DNA of 64,000 nt from IMG/VR virus record IMGVR_UViG_2852574111_000002, positions 1,316-65,315 of that record; one strand, 5' to 3'. This DNA comes from a virus. Lineage: Duplodnaviria > Caudoviricetes. Both the position numbers and the translations under genes were made by a program. The first letter of the stretch is position 1. Every line of letters begins with the position of its first letter. Below, one piece after another: positions 28,824-36,874 of this stretch. Under the pieces are notes generated by a model. It searched no databases and had not been told where the DNA came from. It saw only the letters and a program-made list of their open reading frames with translations.

Positions 28824-29157
28824 AGCCGCGCTTCTCCTGCGCCTGCTTCCACCGGCTATGACAGGAGGTGCAGAGCGGCTGCCAATTGGAGCGCGACCAG
28901 AACAGCCGCTGATCGCCCTTATGCGGGACGATGTGGTCGACGACCGATGCCGGCGCGTCGCAGCCAGGCCGGGCGCAGCGCGGATTGAGCTTCAGGAACG
29001 CTGCGCGCTCCTTTTCCCACTTGCTGTCATAGCCGCGCTCGCGCGCCGGCACGCGGCGCTGCTCATAGGCCGCCTTGCGCTTGCGCTCGCAGGGGCAGCG
29101 TTCGCCCGAGGCGATGCGATGACCGCATCCGCAAATCCGAGGCGCGCGTACCGGCAT
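28804..29157 (-). CDS. HNH endonuclease (terminase-associated, satellite)
   Basis: RGYDSKW, C..C..VVDHIVPH.G..FW..NWQPLC..CH. Confidence 0.92.
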   Translation of the reverse strand: MPVRAPRICGCGHRIASGERCPCERKRKAAYEQRRVPARERGYDSKWEKERAAFLKLNPRCARPGCDAPASVVDHIVPHKGDQRLFWSRSNWQPLCTSCHSRWKQAQEKRGSRERSS

Positions 29158-29164
29158 GGCCGCC

Positions 29165-29770
29165 TCACGCGAAGCCCGGCAGCCGGTACGGCGCCAGGAG
29201 GTCGGTGACATCGGCCGGCAGCGAAGACGGCAGGCCATAGGAGAAGGAACCGACGCCGTCGACATCCTCGCTGCGCATGGTCTGGTCGCGGCCGCGTGTG
29301 TGCCAGGCATTGCGCACCGCAAGGATCGCCGCCCGCTCTATGTCGGCCGGCAGGTCGCGCCCCTCATCGCCCGGCAGGAGAAAGCCGGCGGTGTAATCGA
29401 CGAGGATCCGACCGGGCGACCACACCGAGCGGGCGGCGGACGAGGTGAGCCGGTAGATCATGCCGGTCCCGGCGTCCGCCTCATAGAGCGCCGACGCCAG
29501 CGAGCCGGCTTCCGTGGTGACGGAGGTGATGGCCGCGATCGGAAAGCGGCTCAGCAGCAGCACCGCTGCCGGCTCGGCGAGATGGACGGTCTCGCGCACG
29601 CCTTCGCGGGCGAAGACCCGCCCGCACCAGCTCTCAATCGCCCGGCTCGCCTGGCCGATCAGTCCGCCGAGATAGATGTCCGCGGTGCCATCGGTAACCT
29701 CGAGCTCGAGCTTCACGGCGTCGAGCGTCGTCAAATCGCGTTTGGTGGCCGGCGTGATGACGGTGAGCAT
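29165..29770 (-). CDS. Head-tail connector protein (satellite)
   Basis: MLTVITPA..LTTL..VK; homologous to helper 44716-45315. Confidence 0.8.
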   Translation of the reverse strand: MLTVITPATKRDLTTLDAVKLELEVTDGTADIYLGGLIGQASRAIESWCGRVFAREGVRETVHLAEPAAVLLLSRFPIAAITSVTTEAGSLASALYEADAGTGMIYRLTSSAARSVWSPGRILVDYTAGFLLPGDEGRDLPADIERAAILAVRNAWHTRGRDQTMRSEDVDGVGSFSYGLPSSLPADVTDLLAPYRLPGFA

Positions 29771-29975
29771 GAACATTCCTCGGAAGAGAGGGCGGACGCA
29801 GCCTCGCGCTGCGCCCGCCGGTGAGCCCTTGGCCTGTCTTTGGTCAGGCTGGTGCTCGCGACCTTCCCCGCCTTGCCTCCCATGAACCCCGTTCGGCAGG
29901 GTGGCGCCGGAGAGGCGGGGTTTCCGTTGTTGGGCAGGCCGCTACGTGCCCTCAAGGCTCGGCGCCCGAACGGCG

Positions 29976-30404
29976 TCAGGCCACCGGGCGCTCGCGCGCG
30001 TGGCCCTTGATGACGGTGGCGGCGAGCGGCGTGGCCGTGCCGTGCGTGCCGGAGAAGTCGGCAAGCAGCTTGATGAAGCGCCGATTGCCGACATAGCCGA
30101 CGCGGGTCACGCTCGGGTCGGGGTGCGCCGCCTTCAGCGCCAGCACGATGCCGGAGGTGACGCCGGCGACGCCCTGAACATCGGCGTCGGTCACCGGCTC
30201 ATAGGTGGCATCGTCATCCGAATGGGTGAGCTTGAACTCGAGCTTGTTCGTGGCGCTGAAGCTGATGCCGCCGGTGCCGACATGGATCGCCAGCATGGCG
30301 GAATCGAAGCCCTTGAGATCGATCGCCGCCGGGGTGTTGTCGGCGTCATAGGGCGCCGGCGCGATGACCGAGGCTACGGCGATGTTGCTGATGATGTCCC
30401 GCAT
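29976..30404 (-). CDS. Putative capsid decoration protein (satellite)
   Basis: Follows the capsid gene; homologous to helper 46049-46474 (MRD.ISNI, .GYVG.K/R). Confidence 0.6.
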   Translation of the reverse strand: MRDIISNIAVASVIAPAPYDADNTPAAIDLKGFDSAMLAIHVGTGGISFSATNKLEFKLTHSDDDATYEPVTDADVQGVAGVTSGIVLALKAAHPDPSVTRVGYVGNRRFIKLLADFSGTHGTATPLAATVIKGHARERPVA

Positions 30405-30469
30405 GGACAGGATCCTCTGAGTTGGAGCGATGGGGTGTCGGTTCGACCGACGCCCTCAGGTACTTCCGA

Positions 30470-30497
30470 GACGTGTCCCCAAATTTGGGGACACGTC
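30470..30497. repeat. Perfect 28-bp palindrome
   Basis: GACGTGTCCCCAAATTTGGGGACACGTC. Confidence 0.85.
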
Positions 30498-30502
30498 CGC
30501 TG

Positions 30503-31708
30503 TCAGGAGGTCGCCATCTTGAGCTTGCGCAGCGCGCGAGCCTGAACCACGCCGGCGCCGGTGCGGCGGGTGGCATGGATACGGGTGATGCCCTCGGTGG
30601 CGCGGATGTACGGGTTGACGAGGATCGACAGCGCCAGGCGGTCGACGATCCGGTAGGCCGTGGCGAAGTCGCCGAACAGGATCGGAAAGGTGCCGGCGGC
30701 GACATCGGGCATGTCGACGGCTTCGACCACAGGGCGGCCGAGGATCATTTCGGGCTGGCCGGCCTGATAGGAGGGCTGCCAGAGATAGTTGCCCTGGCCG
30801 TCCTTCATGGTGCGCAGCTTGGCCAGCGTGCCGCCGTTCATCAGCCAGGAGCCACGGGCACGGTACGCCGCCGGCAGCGCGTACATCAGCGCGATGAGCT
30901 GATCGGCGGAGAGGGTCGTCGCGTGGCCGTTCAGCGTCTCGGCGATGCCTGCCGCGGTGAGCAGGCCTTCCGGCTCCAGCACACCATTGCCGGAGACGAA
31001 GGCGAGGCCTTCCTTCTGGCCGAAGTCCTCGGCGAACGCGAGGCGGGTTTCGGCTTCCGCCGTACCGCCGGAATCGGCGAGCAACTGATTGGAGAAGTCG
31101 ACGAAGGTGTTCACCTCCCGGATCGGGATTTCCACCTGGCCGAAGCTCGGCTCGCTGCCCTCCTGAGGCTGCGTCTCGCCCTTCCATTTTGCGTTCGTCC
31201 GGCCCGTCCGGCGAGGATATGACACGGCCGGCGCCGTGGTGGTGCGCACCGTGGCGAGGGTGCGGATGGGCGAGAACTCGACGATGTCGCGGACGAACTC
31301 GGTCGACATCTCGGTCGGCGCCAGATAGCCGCCCTGCGTGTCCGACGAGACGGTGAGCACCTTCAGCTCGGCTTCCGGCGCGCGGTCGCCTTGGCGCAGA
31401 TAGGTGGCGAACGCCTTCTGCTCGGTGCTCGGCTCGCCCTTGGTCTCGCCGGTGCCGTTCGGGCGGTTGCCCTTGGCCTCCAGCTTGTCGAGCCGCTCGG
31501 TGAGCTTCGACACCGGATCGTCCTTCGGCTCCGGCGTGGTGCCCTTGCCCTCCAGTGCGGTGATGCGGTCGCCCAGCGCCTTCTGGCCGTCGGTGACGGT
31601 CTTGGTGAGAGCGTCGAGCGCCTTGGTGACGACCTCGCTCGGATCGTCATTGTCGCCCTTCAGCTCGACCGCGCCGGGCGCCAGCACATGCAGGCAGGTA
31701 TGCTTCAT
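30503..31708 (-). CDS. Major capsid protein, HK97 family (satellite)
   Basis: GGYLAP, LMNGGTL..L..MKDGQGNYLWQ, ILFGDF..Y.IVDR. Confidence 0.93.
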   Translation of the reverse strand: MKHTCLHVLAPGAVELKGDNDDPSEVVTKALDALTKTVTDGQKALGDRITALEGKGTTPEPKDDPVSKLTERLDKLEAKGNRPNGTGETKGEPSTEQKAFATYLRQGDRAPEAELKVLTVSSDTQGGYLAPTEMSTEFVRDIVEFSPIRTLATVRTTTAPAVSYPRRTGRTNAKWKGETQPQEGSEPSFGQVEIPIREVNTFVDFSNQLLADSGGTAEAETRLAFAEDFGQKEGLAFVSGNGVLEPEGLLTAAGIAETLNGHATTLSADQLIALMYALPAAYRARGSWLMNGGTLAKLRTMKDGQGNYLWQPSYQAGQPEMILGRPVVEAVDMPDVAAGTFPILFGDFATAYRIVDRLALSILVNPYIRATEGITRIHATRRTGAGVVQARALRKLKMATS

Positions 31709-31710
31709 CG

Positions 31711-32214
31711 TCAGCTTCCTCGAATGGCCGCTTCCGCGCGGCGGATGGATTCGGCGAGGGCGAAGGCTCCCGCCGCGGACTTGGCGGAAGTGACCTTCGC
31801 GCCGGGGTGCATGGGCGCGCTCACCAGCGACACCTCAAAAAGCTCAAGCGCCTTGATGGTCCGGCCGCCGCCGCTGCGGGCCGCCGCCTTGCGGGTGACG
31901 AAGCCGATGGACAGGCCGCGCACCGCGCCGGCCTTCACCAGCGCGCGGACCTCGCGGGCGCGCGCCACCTCGTCGACGAGGAGCCGGCCGGCGACGTGCA
32001 GGCCGTCCGCCTTCTCCTCCACCCGGTCCCACGCCCCGACGGGATCGTTGAGGTCGTGGCCGAACAGCATGGGCAGCGGCAGCTTGAGGCCCTTGAAGGC
32101 GCCCGGTTCGATCCAGTCGCCGATGCGATCGGGCGCGCCGAACTTCCATGCCAGGCCGGAGATCGCCCCGCTTTCGTCCGCCAGCACCTTGGTCTCGAAG
32201 AAGGCGCGTTCCAT
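31711..32214 (-). CDS. HK97 prohead protease (satellite)
   Basis: GLSIGF, LFEVSLV..PM. Confidence 0.9.
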   Translation of the reverse strand: MERAFFETKVLADESGAISGLAWKFGAPDRIGDWIEPGAFKGLKLPLPMLFGHDLNDPVGAWDRVEEKADGLHVAGRLLVDEVARAREVRALVKAGAVRGLSIGFVTRKAAARSGGGRTIKALELFEVSLVSAPMHPGAKVTSAKSAAGAFALAESIRRAEAAIRGS

Positions 32215-33395
32215 CAGTCTTCCTCGCGGCGGGCCGGCCCGGTGGTGCGGGTGGTCACGGTGACGTTGGGATTGGCGTATTCCTCGCCGCCGGCGCGCGG
32301 CGGCAGGTCGAGCCAGTCGCGGCCCTCATTCGGGTTCAGCACCCGCGCGGAGATGAGCGAAGAGATCGCCGTCGCGCGTTCGGTAAGGCTGGCGCGGGTG
32401 AGGTCGTCGCGATCGAACAGGATCCGGTACTCGCGCCGCTCTTCCGGCGTGAACAGCGCCCGGCTTAGGGCGCCCTCAAGCGCGCGCAGCCACGGCTCCA
32501 GCGAGTAGGTCAGGAACTCCTTGCCCATCTGCTCGGAGTTGGACCAGGTCGCGCGGTCCAGCTCGTAGAGCATGGACGGCGGCACACGGAAGGCGCGGGC
32601 GATCTCGACGATCTGGAATTTTCTCAACTCGAGGAATTGCGCGTCGGTCGACGCTAGCGTCAGCTGCGTGTACTTGGCGTCATCGTCCAGAACGGCGGTG
32701 CCGCCGGCTTTCCCCGGGCCATGCGCCGCGTTCCAGCCTTCCTTGGCCCGCCGGGCGCCCTCCGGTGTGAGCTTGCCCTTGAAGGAGATGACGCCGGCCG
32801 GGCGACCGCCGTTCTTGAAGAGCCCGCCGGCGTGCGCCTCCATGATCTTGGCGACGCCGATGGCGTCCGCTGCCAGCGACAGCGGGCACCGCGCAAAGGG
32901 CGGGCGCAAATGCACCACGTCGTCCGCCGAGACTGGGACATTGTTGATGCGGAAGCTGGGCTCAAGCCGTCCGTCGCCGGAATAGTCGACCGTGAAGTGC
33001 GCCGGTTCATAGCGCACCAGCTCGATTGTGCGCCCATCCACCTTGTTCGCGAGCGCCAGCGCGCCCTTGTCGCTGATCAGCGCGGCGGCGACCATGTCGC
33101 GGATGAACTCGAAACGCGACGTCCAGTCGTTTGGGCGATCGGCGAGCAGCCGCGCCGCAGGATGTTCTGGCGCCTCGGCTTCCGTGCCGCCTATCCGGTG
33201 CATGACCCTCAGCTCGAGGCAAGCCGCGGGTTCCGAGATCAGCCGGATCGCCGACTGCGCTGCCGGCACAGTCAATGCCTGAGCCGCGCCAACGGACAGG
33301 CCGGAGGGCAGCGCGCCGAGCAGCGCTTGCAGCTCCGAATCCGGCGCCGCTAGGCTCTTCGTCGTCCTGAACCATCCTGAGAGCCGCTGAAGCAC
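32214..33395 (-). CDS. Portal protein, HK97 family (satellite)
   Basis: F.NG.RP.G, DAQFLE.RKFQI.EIARAFRVPP. Confidence 0.92.
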   Translation of the reverse strand: MLQRLSGWFRTTKSLAAPDSELQALLGALPSGLSVGAAQALTVPAAQSAIRLISEPAACLELRVMHRIGGTEAEAPEHPAARLLADRPNDWTSRFEFIRDMVAAALISDKGALALANKVDGRTIELVRYEPAHFTVDYSGDGRLEPSFRINNVPVSADDVVHLRPPFARCPLSLAADAIGVAKIMEAHAGGLFKNGGRPAGVISFKGKLTPEGARRAKEGWNAAHGPGKAGGTAVLDDDAKYTQLTLASTDAQFLELRKFQIVEIARAFRVPPSMLYELDRATWSNSEQMGKEFLTYSLEPWLRALEGALSRALFTPEERREYRILFDRDDLTRASLTERATAISSLISARVLNPNEGRDWLDLPPRAGGEEYANPNVTVTTRTTGPARREED

Positions 33396-33456
33396 GTCTG
33401 ACCTCGACTAACCTACTGACAAATATTGAAAAACCCTATTTGGCCTCTATCTCGCG

Positions 33457-33478
33457 CGGTGGACCCCAAGCGGTCCGG
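33457..33478. other. Putative cosN core of the satellite
   Basis: CGGTGGACCCCAAGCGGTCCGG, dyad GGACC-N6-GGTCC, intergenic upstream of portal; 18/22 identical to helper 52445-52466. Confidence 0.65.
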
Positions 33479-33623
33479 CGCCCCTACGGCAAAGTTGCCG
33501 ACCGCCCCCCGTCTGGCGTCTCGGTGGCCTGCTCTCCGCCGCGGAGAGGTGAACTTTAGGCATGCTCCAGATGTGCGCCGCGTCGCTCATGGTTGTCCAT
33601 CCCCTTATGTCACTAAACTTAAG

Positions 33624-33824
33624 TCAACTTCGGTCATCTTCGGACTTGCGAGAAGATATCCACGCATCAAGCTCATCCTGATACGCGCACAGCGGCGACG
33701 TTCGACCTGTCGCGAGGCGAAACACCGGCAGGCCTGAGCTCGCCGCCAACCGATGCACTGTCTTCTGGGATACCTCCAAGTATCTCGATATCGCCCACGC
33801 CGTCTTGATGACACGCCGTTGCAT
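33624..33824 (-). CDS. Small HTH DNA-binding protein (excisionase/AlpA-like)
   Basis: AISRYLEVSQKTV.RL...LPVF...ELDAW. Confidence 0.7.
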   Translation of the reverse strand: MQRRVIKTAWAISRYLEVSQKTVHRLAASSGLPVFRLATGRTSPLCAYQDELDAWISSRKSEDDRS

Positions 33825-33877
33825 TCGCCTCTGCTCCTCGTCGAGCCGCGCCCTATAGACCGCAGATATAGAAGGGG

Positions 33878-33997
33878 GTGTACTTTTGTAGACTAGGGGT
33901 GCCTCAGCGCGATCAATGGCTTAGAGCCGAGGTGGTGTACAATTGTAGACCTATGGCAGTGTACAAATGTGAACCGTAGAGGTCTACAAATGTACAC
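33878..33997. promoter_or_regulatory. Putative satellite replication origin with four 16-bp iterons
   Basis: GTGTAC-W4-GT(A/G)(G/A)AC at 33878, 33935, 33959 and inverted at 33982; abuts the stop of the putative rep. Confidence 0.7.
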
Positions 33998-34462
33998 CTA
34001 TTCATCCGACGGCTTGGCGGCATCGGTCGAATACCGCCGCCACTCATCAGTCGGGCTTTCCCATGTCCAGCTATGTGGGCCTGTCTGGTCCCGCGTGGCG
34101 TAGAAGGTGAGCCGGAAACGGCTCATCTCGGTCATGGTGGTGCCCCTGCGCCCTCCCCGCTCAACCGACACGAGCCCACGCTGCACGGCTTCTGCGATGG
34201 CGGCAGGGATGTAGCGACGGGCGATGCCGTAACCTTCAAGCTGGCGGTAGGTGGCGGACAGGCGACCGTTTTCCTGTCCCGCGTTCGCCATGTGCTCGAT
34301 TGTCAGAAACTCGATGAGCCGCACGCAGTTGATCGACCTGCCGCGCCATGCCTCCGACGACATGAGGTCAATGTCCAGCCATACCCAAGGGCGTCCCTCT
34401 GGTGGGCCGGCGGCATCCTTTGCACGCCCGGTCTGGCGCCGCCGCGACCTAGGAGGGCTCAA
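33998..34462 (-). CDS. Putative winged-helix replication initiator
   Basis: WL..DLMSS.AWR, ENG.L.ATY, I..A..RGLV; iterons directly downstream. Confidence 0.6.
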   Translation of the reverse strand: MSPPRSRRRQTGRAKDAAGPPEGRPWVWLDIDLMSSEAWRGRSINCVRLIEFLTIEHMANAGQENGRLSATYRQLEGYGIARRYIPAAIAEAVQRGLVSVERGGRRGTTMTEMSRFRLTFYATRDQTGPHSWTWESPTDEWRRYSTDAAKPSDE

Positions 34463-34697
34463 ACGGCAACTCGCCCTTGCGACGAGCCTCCGCCAAGGCC
34501 AGGCACACCGCGTCGGCGAAGTCTGGCAGCCGATCCATGGCGAAAGTGATGCCAGTCTTGCTCGGCCTCATATCGCCGTCGCCGGCGTCGAACCACACGC
34601 GGGCGCTGAACACGGCCCGGCCGTTGAACTGCCCAAGCGTTACGCGGATTTCTTCGCGGCTGTTCTTCTTCACCGCGGCAACCACAACGTCGTTCAT
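34449..34697 (-). CDS. PC4/p15-family ssDNA-binding protein
   Basis: KNSREEIRV.L..FNG...RVWF..GD.RPSK.GI. Confidence 0.8.
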   Translation of the reverse strand: MNDVVVAAVKKNSREEIRVTLGQFNGRAVFSARVWFDAGDGDMRPSKTGITFAMDRLPDFADAVCLALAEARRKGELPFEPS

Positions 34698-34945
34698 GAT
34701 TGTGTCTCCCCTGCGTGGATCGCGACGAGCTTGAGCTCGGTGGCGATGTCGACGGCTCTGTTCACTTCGTCTGGCGTGAGATCGGGCCACCGATCGTGCA
34801 TGGCCGTCGCGATGCGCTGCGGATCGCTCCATGGGTCCCCGGTGGGTGCTGCCTCTTCCACGAGCCAGCGAGCCACCTCTGGCACCCGATCCCGGTTTGC
34901 GGGGTCTCCGGCCTCAGGCGGGCCTACGTTGACGTCAGCGCCCAT
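34694..34945 (-). CDS. Hypothetical protein
   Basis: Coupled within the satellite early operon. Confidence 0.5.
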   Translation of the reverse strand: MGADVNVGPPEAGDPANRDRVPEVARWLVEEAAPTGDPWSDPQRIATAMHDRWPDLTPDEVNRAVDIATELKLVAIHAGETQS

Positions 34946-34947
34946 GT

Positions 34948-35991
34948 TCAGCCCGCCCACGCCGGATCGTTCGCCAGATGATCGGCGAGCACCTGAAGCC
35001 CCTTCGGCGTGACGACCGCCTGCGTGCCGATCACCGTCTCGCCATCGCGCTCATAGGAGACCGGCCGATGGTCCATCAGCCCGGCCCTGCACTTCTCCGC
35101 GTGCGCCAGCCAATCGCCCTTGCCGCCCCGCCGGTATATCCAGCGGTGCCGGTAGAGCTTGGCGAAGAATGGCTTCACGGGATGCGAGAGAGCCTTCGCC
35201 GCGTCGGTGATGCACATGGCGCCGGCGGCCGTTCCGATCCGCGCCAACGCACCCTCTGCTTTCGCGAGAGCGGCTTGCGCGGTTGTGGCCTCTTGATGCC
35301 AGTGCGAGAGCACAGCAGCGACCACGCGCGGATCGGCGGGGTTGATCAGGCTCGCCGGCTCCGCCTGCCGCGCTTCCAACTCCATCCAGCGATCGATGAT
35401 CCGCGCGCGGAGCTCCACGCTGTAGCCCGAAACGAGGATCAGGCACTCCCGCTTGGGCAGCAGGAACACCTTGGAAGGACGGCCGCCGGCGGACGGTTCG
35501 GACTTTTCCTCAAGAGTGAGGGAAAGCCCCTCGGCGAGGTTCTTGATGTCCCGGCGCACGTTGTCGTGCTCCTTGCCGGTCAGCTCCGCGATTTCGCGGG
35601 ACGACATGGTGAGCGGCTCGGCATCGGGCACAATCCCCGGTGAGGCCACCACACCGCCGGCCGGCGGGCGGCCCGGCTCCAGGCTGCGCTTGCGCGCTTC
35701 CCGATCGAATGCTTCGGCGTAGCGTTCCCGGCGCTTGCCAGCATTCGGCCCCGTCAGGCCACGGGCGAGCATCAGGAAGCCCTCCCGCGTCATCCAGTAG
35801 AACCGGCGCCCCGGCTCGCCGACCTCGCGGAAGTGGCCCGCCATATCGGCCCCGTTCTCGCCGAGGAGATCGTCCACCGCGCGGAGGATCAGAACGTGAT
35901 CGCGCTCAAAATAGGCGGCCACGTCCCGACTGGCAGCCATCGGCACGCTCTTCACGGTCGTCACCACCGGTAGCAGGAAGGAATCAACCAT
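34948..35991 (-). CDS. Rha-Rha-ANT(KilAC) antirepressor-type regulator
   Basis: Two Rha-like domains (SRDVA.YF..DH; MSSREIAELTGKEHDNV) and C-terminal CITDAAK..VTPKGL. Confidence 0.82.
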   Translation of the reverse strand: MVDSFLLPVVTTVKSVPMAASRDVAAYFERDHVLILRAVDDLLGENGADMAGHFREVGEPGRRFYWMTREGFLMLARGLTGPNAGKRRERYAEAFDREARKRSLEPGRPPAGGVVASPGIVPDAEPLTMSSREIAELTGKEHDNVRRDIKNLAEGLSLTLEEKSEPSAGGRPSKVFLLPKRECLILVSGYSVELRARIIDRWMELEARQAEPASLINPADPRVVAAVLSHWHQEATTAQAALAKAEGALARIGTAAGAMCITDAAKALSHPVKPFFAKLYRHRWIYRRGGKGDWLAHAEKCRAGLMDHRPVSYERDGETVIGTQAVVTPKGLQVLADHLANDPAWAG

Positions 35992-36202
35992 CGGTCGAGC
36001 CCTCCGGCTTCCGGGCCTTGGCCTCAAGATCGGCGAGCCATGCGGAAAGGCTCGCGCGGCGGGCGCAGACATTTCGCCCGATTTTGAAAGCGGGAATTTC
36101 CCCCGTGGCAACGCGGTGCTTTGCCTGCCGAGGCGTTAGCCGAAGGTATTTAGCTATGGCCTCAAACCCGTAAAGCAGATCGGATTCGTCGTTCGTATCC
36201 AT
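35984..36202 (-). CDS. AlpA/excisionase-like HTH DNA-binding protein
   Basis: DLLYGFEAIAKYL..PAFKIGRNVCARRASLSAWL; first gene inside the right att site. Confidence 0.78.
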   Translation of the reverse strand: MDTNDESDLLYGFEAIAKYLRLTPRQAKHRVATGEIPAFKIGRNVCARRASLSAWLADLEAKARKPEGSTDG

Positions 36203-36318
36203 ATGGTCCTAAACCTCGCTGTGGTCGCGTCGTGGTCGTGTCGCGGTCGCGCGGCGGTGCCGCCTGTCTTTGTCCGTCTGTGTTTTTTCAAGGACTTAGT
36301 CGGCCCGTCTCGGGCAAC

Positions 36319-36353
36319 AAAAAGCCCGCCAATGCCGATGACAAAGGCGGGCT
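36319..36353 (-). terminator. Intrinsic terminator just inside the satellite, facing incoming helper transcription
   Basis: Minus strand AGCCCGCC-15 nt-GGCGGGCT-TTTT, about 55 nt beyond the att core. Confidence 0.6.
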
Positions 36354-36407
36354 ATCCAATTGTTCCAGCTAGTCTTTTTCGACGTCTACGCTTGGAGCTT
36401 CATATAA

Positions 36408-36414
36408 GGCAGCG
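36408..36414 (+). repeat. Right att core GGCAGCG
   Basis: Identical to 19219-19225. Confidence 0.85.
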
Positions 36415-36451
36415 CGATGTGCAGCACCGGCAGGTAGGCGACAGCGGCCAT
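36408..36451 (-). pseudogene. 5' fragment (MAAVAYLPVLHIALP) of the interrupted tail-tip gene
   Basis: ATG 7 nt after the NlpC gene stop; in the integrated state it runs into satellite DNA and stops after 21 aa. Confidence 0.8.
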
Positions 36452-36457
36452 GAAGGA

Positions 36458-36874
36458 TCAGTCCGATACGGGCTCAAAGAAGCGGATGCGTCCCCAGCCC
36501 TGCATGCGCAGCGCGGGGACCGGATCGAAGCGAGAGCCGGAGCTCTCGTCGCAATGGGAGACCAGGCGTTCGGGGGCGAGCCACACGCCGATATGCGCGG
36601 CGCGGTCGGCGCGCCCCATGGCGACCAACGCGCCGTCGGCGGCACTGATCAACCCCGGCGCCGGCGGCACCGCCTCGCGCCACCTCTGGCGCTCCGGATG
36701 GCCTTCTATGGTCTCGATCATCCAGCGCCAGCCGGGATGCTCCGGCAGAACGACGTCCGGAAGGTCGCGGCCGAACAGCTCGCGCTGGATCCGCTTCGCG
36801 TGGTGCCAGCACGAATATTCCGGCGACCAGCGCCGACCGATGAGGCCGGCGAGGAAGGCGGCGCGGTCGATCAT
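36458..36874 (-). CDS. Tail assembly protein K-like (NlpC/P60)
   Basis: Y.CW....RIQRE.FG; HIGVW..VSHC. Confidence 0.8.
   Translation of the reverse strand: MIDRAAFLAGLIGRRWSPEYSCWHHAKRIQRELFGRDLPDVVLPEHPGWRWMIETIEGHPERQRWREAVPPAPGLISAADGALVAMGRADRAAHIGVWLAPERLVSHCDESSGSRFDPVPALRMQGWGRIRFFEPVSD

Larger units (their letters stand above)
19219..36414 (-). mobile_element. Capsid-forming phage satellite (cf-PICI-like), 17.2 kb, integrated in the helper tail-tip gene
   Basis: Direct repeats GGCAGCG at 19219-19225 and 36408-36414; integrase at the left end; rep, ori, cos, portal, protease, capsid, connector, HNH, TerS and TerL but no tail or lysis genes. Confidence 0.88.

Noticed and set aside
33878-33997. 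Mini CRISPR array (also considered 57380-57500)
   Set aside because: Repeats are 10-16 bp, irregularly spaced, partly inverted, with no cas genes; position fits iterons
19219-36414. Second independent prophage, or gene transfer agent
   Set aside because: No tail tube, tape measure, tail tip or lysis genes between the att repeats; has integrase, rep/ori and cos-type HNH packaging, which GTAs lack
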